Notes under the pieces: generated by a model
Seen by the model: the letters and a program-made list of their open reading frames with translations, nothing else
What the model was told of the DNA's origin: nothing
Databases searched by the model: none
Position numbers and translations under genes: made by a program
DNA from: Macrostomum hystrix
Lineage: Eukaryota > Animalia > Platyhelminthes
NCBI GenBank assembly: GCA_950097015.1
Contig: CATNEN010000025.1
Span: 8,556,001-8,620,000 of the forward strand
Length of the DNA: 64,000 bases
Direction: 5' to 3'
Shown here: positions 39,301 through 50,420 of the stretch, one piece after another
How positions within the stretch are numbered: the first letter of the stretch is position 1
Layout: each line of letters opens with the position of its first letter

Positions 39301-42300
39301 TAGACATGAACTTAACGCCGAACGTGTAGAAGTGGGTGATCTTCTAGTGGGTGACCGCTAGCCGAGATAACTAGAAGGGTCCTAGATACTCCTGCTCACT
39401 GTTTATAACAAATAGCATGTCTTTGCGTTTCTATGGTCTCCTTATATAATTCTCAAATTTTCTGTTGCTTAATTGCGTCATTTCAGTTTTTATCAAACTT
39501 GCAATTTTATAATGAGACATGGAAAATATGTAAATATAAATATAAATATAAATATAAATATAAATATAAATATAAATAGAGATGTGACAGGGAAGAGTTG
39601 AGACACCGGAGATATAAGATGGGAAGAGATGAGACAGGGAACAGATGAGACACCGGAGAGATGAGACAGGGAACAGATGAGACAGGCAGAGATGAGACAG
39701 GGAACAGATGAGACAGGCAGAGATGAGACAGGGAACAGATGAGACACCGGAGAGATGAGACAGGGAACAGATGAGACACCGGAGAGATGAGACAGGGAAG
39801 AGTTGAGACACCGGAGATATAAGATGGGAAGAGATGAGACAGGGAACAGATGAGACACCGGAGAAATGAGACAGGGAGAGATGAGACAGTGAAGAGATGA
39901 GATAGGGAAGAGATGAGACAGGGAACAGATGAGACAGGCAGAGATGAGACAGGGAAGAGTTGAGACACCGGAGATATAAGATGGGAAGAGATGAGACAGG
40001 GAACAGATGAGACACCGGAGAGATGAGACAGGGAGAGATGAGACAGTGAAGAGATGAGATAGGGAAGAGATGAGACAGGGAACAGATGAGACAGGCAGAG
40101 ATGAGACAGGGAACAGATGAGACAGGCAGAGATGAGACAGGGAACAGATGAGACAGGGAGAGATGAGACAGGGAACAAATGAGACAGGGAAGAGATGAAA
40201 CATGGAAGAGATTTTTGTCTTTTTCGACAAAAATTTTTGTCTTCTATAGCGGAGAGATGAGACAGCGGAGAGATGAGACAGGGAACAGATGAGACAGGCA
40301 GAGATGAGACAGGGAACAGATGAGACAGGGAGAGATGAAACAGGGAAGAGATTTTTGTCTTTTTCGACAAAATTTTTTGTCTTCTATAGCGGAGAGATGA
40401 GACAGCGGAGAGATGAGACAGCGGAGAGACGAGACAGCGGAGAGATGAGACAGCGGAGAGATGAGACAGCGGAGGGATGAGACAGCGGAGAGATGAGACA
40501 GCGGAGAGATAAGACAGGGAACAGATGAGACAGGAAGAGATGAGACCAAAAGAGATCAAAGAGATCAAAACCAGACTGTTGAGCGCCAACAGCAAGGCTT
40601 GAAGAGCCGCGTCACAGACCCGCGTGCTTCCTCGGGCCGCTAGCTGTGCCTTTCCTTCAACAGCACTGGTGGCTACAGCGCCAGAAGCTACTGCAGATTT
40701 CTACACGCCTGTCGTATCTGCGCGGTATCGAGCACGGCTTCTGTGTCACCGATGACGTTGATTTTACTCCTTGGTTCTGCAGCAACTACGCATCGAAGTC
40801 CAATTGCTGTTCTAGAATATGAAATTCGGCGCGGGAGGTATGCCCCTGTCGCTGACAAGCCGACGATGGCCTGCCCGCTGGGTGCCATTCCAAAAAAGTT
40901 TTCTGCATTAAAACTTTCTAAGGCCGTGAAAATTGTTGTCTTCCTTAAGCTTTATTTAAGCTCAGTAGCTAAAACAGGTAGATGCACAAGCTTTTGAGTC
41001 TATTCAGTGGACAGCCAGTCCTGACAATGGGGGCTTGACAGGGACTCGTCCCTCCAGTTTCTACTCGTACATTCAGAGCTCTATTGTGCCACGCGCTGCC
41101 CTCGCTTGGCAATTGTTTTCTACTCCGCGCAAGCTGTTTCAACTAGCTGGGGTCTCTGTAGCACTGTTTGGCCCAGGGAAGTTAAATTCTATTGGCTGCT
41201 TGTGAGAGCTATATTTATTATTGAAACATACATTAAGTACGCCCAACATGGAACTATTGACGGGAGAACCGCGGAAAAAATCCGCATACAATTTTTCCAA
41301 ATAAACTACGACTATCGACTTTTCAAATACAAGCATACAAAATATTCACAAGATTCTAGATAAACTGATTGAATTTTTCCTGCGAAAGAGATGTTAAAGA
41401 AAATTTTACTTTTTTTAACGGCAACAACATTTTGCTCCTTTAGGTGAGTGTTTTAAAAGCTAAAATTGTGTGCTCCAATCCATCAGATACAGCTTGATCT
41501 GTCCATCAAACACAGCTTGATCTGTCCATCAGATACAGCTTGATCTGTCCATCAAACACAGCTTGATCTGTCCATCAAACACAGCTTGATCTGTCCGTCA
41601 AACACAGCTTGATCTGTCCGTCAAACACAGCTTGATCTGTCCGTCAAACACAGCTTGATCTGTCCGTCAAACACAGCTTGATCTGTCCGTCAGATACAGC
41701 TTGATCTGTCCATCAGATACAGCTTGATCTGTCCATCAAACACAGCTTGATCTGTCCATCAGATACAGCTTGATCTGTCCATCAAACACAGCTTGATCTG
41801 TCCGTCAAACACAGCTTGATCTGTCCGTCAAACACAGCTTGATCTGTCCATCAAACACAGCTTGATCTGTCCATCAAACACAGCTTGATCTGTCCATCAA
41901 ACACAGCTTGATTTGTCCATCAAACACAGCTTGATCTGTCCATCAAACACAGCTTGATCTGTCCATCAAACACAGCTTGATCTGTCCATCAAACACAGCT
42001 TGATCTGTCCATCAAACACAGCTTGATCTGTCCATCAAACACAGCTTGATCTGTCCATCAAACACAGCTTGATTTGTCCATCAAACACAGCTTGATTTGT
42101 CCATCAAACACAGCTTGATCTGTCCATCAGATACAGCTTGATCTGTCCATCAGATACAGCTTGATCTGTCCGTCAAACACAGCTTGATCTGTCCATCAAA
42201 CACAGCTTGATCTGTCCATCAAACACAGCTTGATCTGTCCATCAAACACAGCTTGATCTTAACTAAATGATTTATCTGAACTCGTCCATGGCAGAGCAGA

Positions 42301-45300
42301 GAGGTATTACTGCATTCGCGATACCAGCATAAAAGTGGTTCTCAAAGACGATATCTTTTCGAGTTCTTCTAATCAGCTCAGTCTGTGCTCATATGTTCGC
42401 GGTGAAAAGTCATCTACGAACAACCTCTGCATTTGGGAGATCAAAGCAGACAACAGTATTGAAACTCTGGCCATAGAGGTTGAAAATACTGATAGCCACC
42501 TCCGTACGGCCAGTGCCTCTCTAGATAGCGACAGATCGATATTTGCCGGCGTAGTGGACATTTTCACCAACGACGGTGAGTGAAACTAATAGAATTGTTT
42601 TGTATCTTGTATCTATTGGAACAACTATCAATTCCTATTTGCTCAGAATCCGGCAAAGAAATCAAGCTAGCTTGGAATTTCAGCCAAAACTTTCAGCTTG
42701 TATCACTACAGAAAGGGTAAGTTTCCACATTGAATTCCTGAAAAACAGAATTCCTGATTCAGGCAATCCCTGATTCACAGAATCCCTGATTCACAGAATC
42801 CCTGATTCACAGAATCCCTGATTCACAGAATCCCTGATTCACAGAATCCCTGATTCACAGAATCCCTGATTCAAGGAATCCCTGATTCACAGAATGCCCG
42901 ATTAACAGAATCCCCGATTCACAGAATGTCCGATTCACAGAATGCCCCGATTCACAGAATCCCCGATTCACAGAATGCCCGATTCACAGAATGCCTGATT
43001 CACAGAATGCCCGATTCACAGAATCCCTGATTCACAGAATGCCCCGATTCACAGAATGCCCGATTCACAGAATTCCCGATTCACAGAATCTCTGAATCTT
43101 AGAATCCCAGATTCACAGAAACCCCAATTCACAGAATCCACGATTCGAGAATTTCAGATTCAGAAAATCTTTGATTACTTCAATGTCCTGGCCATAAATA
43201 ATAAGATTGCCATAATTCTTTCATCTGCTAAATGTCAAATTTGTTTATTCAAATCTCGTTTCAGCTCGGTCAGTGTTGTGATTGAGCTTCGTGTGGACAA
43301 TGCGACGAAAGCTTATCTGGCTGATCAATTCTATACTAAAGTCTCGTATTCCAGCTTTAACTCCTGCAGCACCGGACTTGAGCATCACAATGGCCGATGC
43401 TACACAGTCAAGTATACAGACAAACTCTCCCAGTCTGAGTTCGCGTTTGCCTCAGACTTAGATGTGACTCAGGTTCTGGAAAGCTGTGAGTTTCCAGGCA
43501 TAGATCCTTGTCTAGAACACTTACAACAGGCTATTCTATACCCATGAATTTTGACATCGCATGGATTGCTAGTCTATCCCCGTGAATTTAGACATCGAAT
43601 GGATTGCTAGTCTATCCCCGTGAATTTAGACATCGAATGGATTGCTAGTCTATCCCTGTGAATTTAGACATCGAATGGATTGCTAGTCTATCCCCGTGAA
43701 TTTAGACATCGAATGGATTGCTAGTCTATCCCCGTGAATTTAGACATCGAATGGATTGCTAGTCTATCCCTGTGAATTTAGACATCGAATGGATTGCTAG
43801 TCTATCCCTGTGAATTTAGACATCGAATGGATTGCTAGTCTATCCCTGTGAATTTAGACATCGAATGGATTGCTAAACTATCCCTGTGAATTTAGACATC
43901 GAATGGATTGCTAGTCTATCCCTGTGAATTTAGACATCGAATGGATTGCTAGTCTATCCCTGTGAATTTAGACATCAAATGGATTGCTAGTCTATACCCG
44001 TGAATTTAGACATCGCATGGATTGCTAGTCTATACCCGTGAATTTTGACATCGAATGGATTGCTAGTCTATCCCGTGAATTTAGAAATATACTGGATTGC
44101 GTGCATATCTCTAGGAAAAAACTATTTCTTTGCTTAAATTGTCGAATTTCGACCGCCAATCAACAGTGTCCCGTGAGCAGGGTCTCACAGCCGTTCAGCA
44201 GCAGCCAGTCAGGCTGGCGGCTGCCTTCTGCAACGCCACTAGAAGCCTGCTGCACTGGGACCCTGGTAGGGCGGTCTGCGGACAGTTGAAGATTGGAGCA
44301 AATTTCAGGTCAGAACTGTTGAATGCATGTGTCAGTCTATTAGACACAGGTGTCAGTCTGTTACACATAAGTGTCTGTTTGTTTTTACACATGAGAGAAT
44401 TTTTTTAGACACAGATGTCAGTCTGTTAGATACAGGTGTGAATCTGTTAGACACTAGTGTCAGTCTGTTAGACACAGGTGTGAATCTGTTAGACACAGGT
44501 GTGAGTCTGTTAGACACAGGTGTGAGTCTGTTAGACACAGGTGTGAGTCTGTTAGACACAGGTGTGAGTCTGTTAGACACGGGTGTGAGTCTGTTAGGCA
44601 CGGGTGTGAGTCTGTTAAACACAGGTGTGAGTCTGTTAGACACAGGTGTGAGTCTGTTAGACACAGATGTGAGTCTGTTAGACACAGGTGTGAGTCTGTT
44701 TGATACAGGTGTGAGTCTGTTAAACACAGGTGTGAGTCTGTTAGACACAGATGTGAGTCTGTTAGACACAGGTGTGAGTCTGTTAAACACAGGTGTGAGT
44801 CTGTTAGACACAGATGTGAGTCTGTTAGACACGGGTGTGAGTCTGTTAAGCACAGGTGTGAGTCTGTTAGACACGGGTGTGAGTCTGTTAAACACAGGTG
44901 TGAGTCTGTTAGACACAGATGTGAGTCTGTTAGACACAGGTGTGAGTCTGTTTGATACAGGTGTCAGTCTATTATCTCATCGCATTGCAGCATCGGAGTA
45001 GGTTCAGGCGACTGTGTCATTGTGCGCCTGGACCAGAAGCTGCTGGCTCCAATCCCCTGCGACTCGAACCCCATGCCAACTTTGCTCAGCTTCCCAACGA
45101 CGCTGGCTAAAACTGGCGAAGCTGTTCATGCGCAAACGTCGAGCAACTGTTGGAAGGCCGACTGCCCAGATGCGTCAGGGTCACGGAAGAAATCAGAATC
45201 TGCGTTTGCATCACTGCCTGCCATATTTCTTATCCCGATTTCGATAATCGCAGGTATCGCAGGTATCATAGCCATCTGGACTTGCTACAAGTTATTTTAC

Positions 45301-45354
45301 GAAAAAAAGCAAAAGCAAATTGGATGGCCAATCGAACAATCAGGACATGGTTAA
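33347..45354 (+). CDS. Uncharacterised ~760-aa type-I membrane protein: signal peptide, 2 x (CUB-like + degenerate C-type-lectin-like module), TM, short tail
   Basis: Exons 33347-33393, 35168-35460, 36607-36673, 36743-36975, 37666-37837, 38982-39200, 40664-40837, 42295-42575, 42647-42716, 43265-43485, 44167-44308, 44991-45354; all GT-AG, phases chain without stops (2283 nt). Signal MCAYFVFIATFALIARCSG; TM LPAIFLIPISIIAGIAGIIAIWTCY then KLFYEKKQK. Domain names are pattern-based inference. Confidence 0.75.
33575..34486. repeat. 15-bp minisatellite in intron 1 of the membrane-protein gene
   Basis: Unit GAAGCGTTTGAGCCA; resumes briefly at ~34675-34722. Confidence 0.97.
34487..34662 (+). mobile_element. 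3'-truncated tRNA-headed SINE family C inserted in the 15-bp array
   Basis: Near-identical to the first ~175 bp of each arm of the 46314-47249 palindrome. Confidence 0.8.
35630..36453. repeat. 34-bp minisatellite, intron 2
   Basis: Unit TTTGGTCGATTGTCGCTTTGCACGATCATGGTCC. Confidence 0.95.
37859..38980. repeat. 51-bp minisatellite, exactly 22 units, intron 5
   Basis: Unit GACAATGTCCCCAGCTCACTCCCAACTGAGCACACCAGCACCCTGGCTGCA; 1122 bp = 22 x 51, one visible substitution in unit 1. Confidence 0.98.
39531..40545. repeat. (ATATAA)n microsatellite followed by GAGATGAGACAG-based compound minisatellite, intron 6
   Basis: (ATATAA)n at 39531-39577; then units GAGATGAGACAGGGAACA / GAGATGAGACAGCGGA with larger higher-order duplications. 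Confidence 0.92.
41479..42259. repeat. 23-bp minisatellite, intron 7
   Basis: Unit CAGCTTGATCTGTCCATCAAACA. Confidence 0.95.
42760..43160. repeat. ~16-bp minisatellite, intron 9
   Basis: Unit AATCCCTGATTCACAG, decaying rightwards. Confidence 0.9.
43546..44085. repeat. 38-bp minisatellite, intron 10
   Basis: Unit GAATTTAGACATCGAATGGATTGCTAGTCTATCCC(T/C)GT. Confidence 0.95.
44330..44970. repeat. 21-bp minisatellite, intron 11
   Basis: Unit GTGAGTCTGTTAGACACAGGT. Confidence 0.95.
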
Positions 45355-45479
45355 ACATGAGCTGGTAAAGTTGACTGACGACAAACCTTGAATAAAGGAC
45401 CTTCTGAGACATTCTGTAACTCCAACTTTCCCTTCCATATCATATTGGTCGTTTAAGCTGTCCTGAGCGCTTCTCAACC

Positions 45480-45995
45480 TCCTGACCATTTCCCATTCAA
45501 ACTGCGACCGCTTACTGTACAGGTCCTGACCATTTCCTATTCAAACTGTGACCATTTACTGTTCAGGTCCTGACCATTTCCCATTCAAACTGTGACCATT
45601 TACTGTTCAGGTCCTGACCATTTCCTATTCAAACTGTGACCATTTACTGTTCAGGTCCTGACCATTTCCTATTCAAACTGCGACCGCTTACTGTTCAGGT
45701 CCTGACCATTTCCCATTCAAACTGTGACCATTTACTGTTCAGGTCCTGACCATTTCCTATTCAAACTGCGACCGCTTACTGTTCAGGTCCTGACCATTTC
45801 CTATTCAAACTGTGACCATTTACTGTTCAGGTCCTGACCATTTCCTATTCAAACTGCGACCGCTTACTGTTCAGGTCCTGACCATTTCCTATTCAAACTG
45901 TGACCATTTACTGTTCAGGTCCTGACCATTTCCTATTGAAAATGTGACCGCTTTCTGTTCAGGTCCTGACCATTTCCTATTCAAACTGCGACCGC
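45480..45995. repeat. 44-bp minisatellite downstream of the membrane-protein stop
   Basis: Unit CCTGACCATTTCCTATTCAAACTG(C/T)GACC(GC/AT)TTACTGTTCAGGT. Confidence 0.95.
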
Positions 45996-46258
45996 TATCC
46001 TGCACGGATGTCATGGCAACGCTGCTGAGCTTTCCTAAGTCGCGTTCTGTGGCGCGTTCTACGAAGCTGGTCTGCGGCAGCAATGTCAGCCTCCTGCATG
46101 ACAAGTGTTGCGTGGTCATTAGAGAGAAAATTCTAGCCAAGGTGCAGCTAAATGGCTTTTAAATCATACTGGTTATCTTGGCTGTCATTGTGATTGTCTC
46201 TTGGTTGTTTTACTTTATTATCTTGCCCCGTCTCCTAGCGGGCAGGATCCGTAATTGA
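45963..46258 (+). pseudogene. Orphan paralogous terminal exon (module end + TM) interrupted by in-frame TAA
   Basis: PDHFLFKLRPLSCTDVMATLLSFPKS resembles LKFKPTACGGLQATLLSFATT and LAPIPCDSNPMPTLLSFPTT; after TAA (46160-46162) the same frame continues IILVILAVIVIVSWLFYFIILPRLLAGRIRN*. Confidence 0.55.
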
Positions 46259-46313
46259 AATTGGAATCTTTGGTCGCAGTTGGGATTTGTAGAGAGTACT
46301 AAGAATGGATATA

Positions 46314-47249
46314 AGGGGGCGAGTGGGTCAGCGGCTAACGTCGCTGCCTCGCACTCCAAAGGACGCTAGTTCGATTCACCCTTCAAGTCACGATTAATTT
46401 CGGGACTTGTTGGGGGGTTTGGACAGTAGCGACGGGCGGAGGTGCACCATATTTCGTGCAATCAAAGCTTGAAATAATAACTTCGCTCCTACCTTCTGTG
46501 TGCCTGTTCTGCGTTGTGTGCGTTGACGCTGGGGCGTGAGACCTTGCGGGGGGTGGCTGCAGGGCGGATGTACACCGCCGCGCGCTTTCTGGACTTCCGT
46601 CAGCGCGATTGGATAAGTGTACACTCATCACCCAGCCCCCCCCTGAGGACTGATTTCTTATCAGCCTTCCGGCTTGGTCTGCTATGTGCGTGTGGGGCTG
46701 GGGTGGGGGGCACTGCTGCCTATTCTGGGTGCCTCCTGGGCTTTTGCGCCCATCGCGCCGCCTCCCCTGAGCAGGCACCACACACAACAGCACAGACCAG
46801 CCGGGGAGGGCAGGAGGCACCCAGAATAGGCAGCAGTGTCCCCCACCCCAGCCCCACACGCACATAGCAGACCAAGCCGGGGCGGAAGGCTGATAAGAAA
46901 TCAGTCCTCAGGGGGGGCTGGGTGATAAATGTACACTTATCCAATCGCGCTGACGGAAGTCCAGAAAGCGCGCGGCGGTGTACACCCGCCCTACAGCCAA
47001 CCCCCGCAAGGCCTCACGCCCCAGCGCCAACGCACACAACTCACACAACGCAGAACAGGCACACAGAAAGGTAGGAGCGAAGCTATTATTTCAAGCTTTG
47101 ATTGCACGAAATATGGTGCACCTCCGCCGGTTGCTACTGTCCAAACCCTCCAACAAGTCCCGAAATTAATCGTGACTTGAAGGGTGAATCGAACTAGCGT
47201 CCTTTGGAGTGCGAGGCAGCGACGTTAGCCGCTGACCCACTCGCCCCCT
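46314..47249. mobile_element. 936-bp near-palindrome: two tail-to-tail copies of tRNA-headed SINE family C
   Basis: Left arm 46314-46738 and right arm 46811-47249 are reverse complements with scattered differences; 72-bp spacer; each outer end starts GGGGGCGAGTGGGTCAGCGG...CTCGCAC...AGTTCGATTC (A/B-box-like); no TSD found. Confidence 0.85.
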
Positions 47250-47511
47250 CACGTACACACGTCTCGCGCATGCACGCCTGTGTTGCCAGCTCTGACCCAG
47301 AGAAGAAAAGAGAAAAATGAATAGATGAATAGAGAACTATAGAGATGCGATGAAGACGCAGTGAGGGAAAGAAGTAAAGAAAAGAATAATAATGAAGGCA
47401 GGGAGACTGGGACCCTGTTTAAAGTATTCAACCTCAAAGGTGTTGTGTGCTCAGGTTGAGCTCTGTAGCGGGTGAGAGCAAGGCTGCTTTTGAGTCACTG
47501 CTCCAGTTGAG

Positions 47512-48858
47512 ATGGCTAAGAAGAAAGATACCTCAACGCCAGTGGTTGACGTCGAGGAGATGCAGATAGCTGAATTTCGCGACGCCTTCGCCCTGTTTGA
47601 CCAGGACGGCGACGGTTTCATCTCGAGATCGGAGTTGGGCTACGTTATGAAGACCTTCGGCTACAGGATTAGCGAGCAGCAGCTGGATGTGAGTGTGGGT
47701 GGAGGGCCGATTTGCGACCTGAGCTCGAATCCGCGGCGAAGCTACATTCATTTGGGAGGTGCTGAGAAATGTCTTGGGTGTTGTTTTGCAATTGGGCCAG
47801 ATGTGCAGCCGGCAGCACAGCCACAGCTATTGTGCGGCGCATCAGAAGGCTGCGTACAGCAGTTCAGTCCATGGACTGGGGGGACGCCACAGACATACTC
47901 AATTACCCCAGCTAATGCTGGCACCCATTTAACAGCTGGGTGAGCTGAATCAATGCAGAGTTTAAGTGTCTAGCTAAAGGGCACAGATTGTTCCAGCTAG
48001 AAAGTTGATATAATAAATTGATCTAGAAAAAAGAAAATTGAACCCTCGACCTTCAAGTCGTGAATCCAACGCTCAAACCACTACGCTAGAACCCCTGCAG
48101 ATTCTGAAGGCCTAATGAGAAATTCAGGGCAGATTGTACACCTATGTGAGTGCGTACCTAGGTTTCCCTGTGTGTGTGTACAACTTTTTTACTTAGTTCT
48201 TTACTACGACTTTAGACAACTTTAGTACTTTACGACATGGCCTTACGGCTCGTAGTAGTGCGACTGCTTAAATGACTATTTTAGTAAATGAAACAAAAAC
48301 TACACGTCTAGAGCGATCGTTCATGTTCGCTAGAAGCTCAATCCAAAACAAACTTCTCCGGTCCAACAGGAGTGTCTGTCAAACCAAGTTGTCTTTTAGT
48401 CTGTAATTTCGTCAAGCATCGTTTATTCGTCTGAAGCTTTCTTTAAATCATTACACAAATCTCTTCGCCCGAAGGCTATGCTGCACTTTGTCGACAGCGA
48501 CGGCGACGGCCTCATCGACTTCCCCGAGTTCATGACGGTGATCTGCCGCAACATGGCCAGCGGCAGCTGCATGGACGACCTGCGCCGTGCCTTCGCCCTG
48601 TTCGATCGGGACTCCTCTGGCCGAATTGGACCGCAGGAGCTGGCCGAGTTCATGTCCTCACTGGGGCTGAACGCCGGTTACGGCGAGGCTCAGGGCATAA
48701 TTCGTGACTCTGACACGGACGGCGATGGCGAGATTGACTTTCAGGAGTTTCTGCGCATCCTGGCTGGAAAATTCATGCCGCCAGAGGTGCTCGCCACTTC
48801 TGTTGGGTCGGCGGCGGCAGAAGGTGGTGCTGAGAAATCTTCCGGACAGAAAAAGTAG
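47512..48858 (+). CDS. Calmodulin-like 4-EF-hand protein, 2 exons, ~186 aa
   Basis: Exons 47512-47688 and 48475-48858 (phase 0). EF loops DQDGDGFISRSE, DSDGDGLIDFPE, DRDSSGRIGPQE, DTDGDGEIDFQE; N- and C-terminal extensions, too divergent for true calmodulin. Confidence 0.9.
47848..48095 (-). mobile_element. SINE family B copy in the calmodulin-like intron
   Basis: Head GGGGTTCTAGCGTAGTGG...GGGTTCAATT, core and CAGTCCATGGACTG tail as in other copies. Confidence 0.8.
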
Positions 48859-49319
48859 AGCAAAGAATGATACTTTGATCTGGCTGAATTCATCTAGATC
48901 ATCTTCGAATGGTGTATCATAGTTTGAACACACATGTAAAGCACCTTTCGTGAACACATGCACACTGATCGTTTAAAGCAGACGCGTTTCATGATGTTTT
49001 TGTTTACGGTACTTGTCATACTACAAAGTAATATTGAACGAAGCAGTGGAAAAGAAGTCCTCTTATAGTAAAATATTTCATACTCGTATTGTTCAATCTT
49101 TGACCTGCGCCACTGAAACAAGAGCATATTTTATGTTCTACAAATCATAGGGATACTGTTACAGCTATACTGAATGCTCAGATCGATGCCAGTCGTTTGC
49201 ACTTATATTATTTATATTATATTACTTCACCATGTTCCTTTTCCAAACAAAGACGTGAAAAAACGATTAGCAATTAGATTAGATCTAATCTATCAATAGG
49301 GAACTCAGAGATTCAAGGC

Positions 49320-49632
49320 TTAGCGCGGGTACGCCTCGATAATGCGGCGAGCATTTCCGGCCTGGATTGCAGCGCCCAGAATCCGGAAGATGCGTGCGTG
49401 CACCGCGCTAACCGGTCTCCGCCTGGATGCGGCAAGCCAGCGCTTCGATGAGGTCCAGGTCCAGGACCAGGTCCAGGTCCAGTCCCAGCGTCTCGGCGCC
49501 GACTGAACAGAAGTCAAAACAGACGCTTAGGTCGGCGTATTTTGCGGCTTTACGTGTCTCAGCGGCGGTAGCGAAGGCCCGAAAGGTGACGGCCGAGGCG
49601 TGCAGGTGGCTTGGGGCGCAGGTGTGAATGAC
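49320..49632 (-). pseudogene. C-terminal restriction-like endonuclease remnant of a non-LTR retrotransposon (CRE-like)
   Basis: Minus strand VIHTCAPSHL...AAETRKAAKYADL...F..VGAETLG...L..RI..ETG* then, after a frameshift, RILGAAIQAGNARRII; matches recalled APSHL/AE..K..KY/ET.G/A.Q.GNA pattern. Confidence 0.65.
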
Positions 49633-50291
49633 TGTCTCTCCAGGCCATCGGCCACCCCCGCTCGAAAGCTATAAATACTTGGGTTGTATAGCGCTTCAAG
49701 TTTGGTGTTCCTCTTCTTCTTCACTCGTAGTTTTCCTATACTTTGTCTAGCGGTTTATTGCAGTCTAAAAGTCTTGAAGGCTATAACTCCTAACGACTAT
49801 CGATACTCAGTATACCGGCTGGCAGTGGTGATCTCTCTAGATCGTTATCACTGATTCTACTTAAGAAAGAACGCAAACACAATGATTTTCTAAACGGAGC
49901 TCAAAGTGAGTCTCTAACTAACTGGAGCGGTGAATCTTTTTCCGCGCTCCGCACCAATATATATAATGTCTTTAAAACCCTCGATCCGAGGGGAAGAAAA
50001 TACCATAGCAACAGTACACATGGGTATTTGGGGTGGGTGAGGACGCAGCCTCGATTCTAGTACAGTTATTGTCATTAAACTAGTTGGTTGGCAGGCACGC
50101 CAACCCCTTTTCTTTCATCGATCCCGCCTTCTTGTGCGGACTCGGCCTCCTCTCGATCTCGTTCCCGATCGGGTCCGGGCGGCTCCAGTTTCTGCTGGGT
50201 TGGATCGATGCAGGCAGCTGCAGGTCGGGGTAGGCCGGGTTAATTCCGGGAGCTCCATGTCAGCACAGCTGCGTTCCGGTCTCGGGCCATT

Positions 50292-50420
50292 CCACGTCAG
50301 CGCAGCTGCGGATCCTGTCTCCGGCAGCTCCACGTCAGCGCCTCTGCGGATCCGGTCTCAGCCAGCTCCACGTCAGCGCCTCTGCGGATCCGGTCTCAGC
50401 CAGCTCCATGTCGGCACAGC
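50292..50420. repeat. 38-bp GC-rich tandem repeat (~3.5 units)
   Basis: Unit CCACGTCAGCGCCTCTGCGGATCCGGTCTCAGCCAGCT. Confidence 0.8.

Noticed and set aside
41069-41240. Possible extra exon ELYCATRC...GLCS resembling the module start
   Set aside because: Available acceptors are in the wrong phase, no clear donor, and exons 7 and 8 already join in frame.
17586-44937. Long repetitive ORFs in the track (e.g. 22880-23996, 33725-34569, 35571-36558, 37632-39084, 39431-40595, 44327-45001)
   Set aside because: They are translations of intronic/intergenic tandem arrays, open on several frames and both strands, and lie inside introns of well-supported genes.
45480-45995. Intron gain by tandem duplication of an AG|GT-containing unit
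   Set aside because: Splicing from the first to the last AGGT would leave one extra 44-bp unit and shift the frame, so the simple model does not restore coding.
46383-47180. ORFs inside the palindrome as a transposase
   Set aside because: Short, low-complexity, mirrored on both arms, no DDE or other motif.
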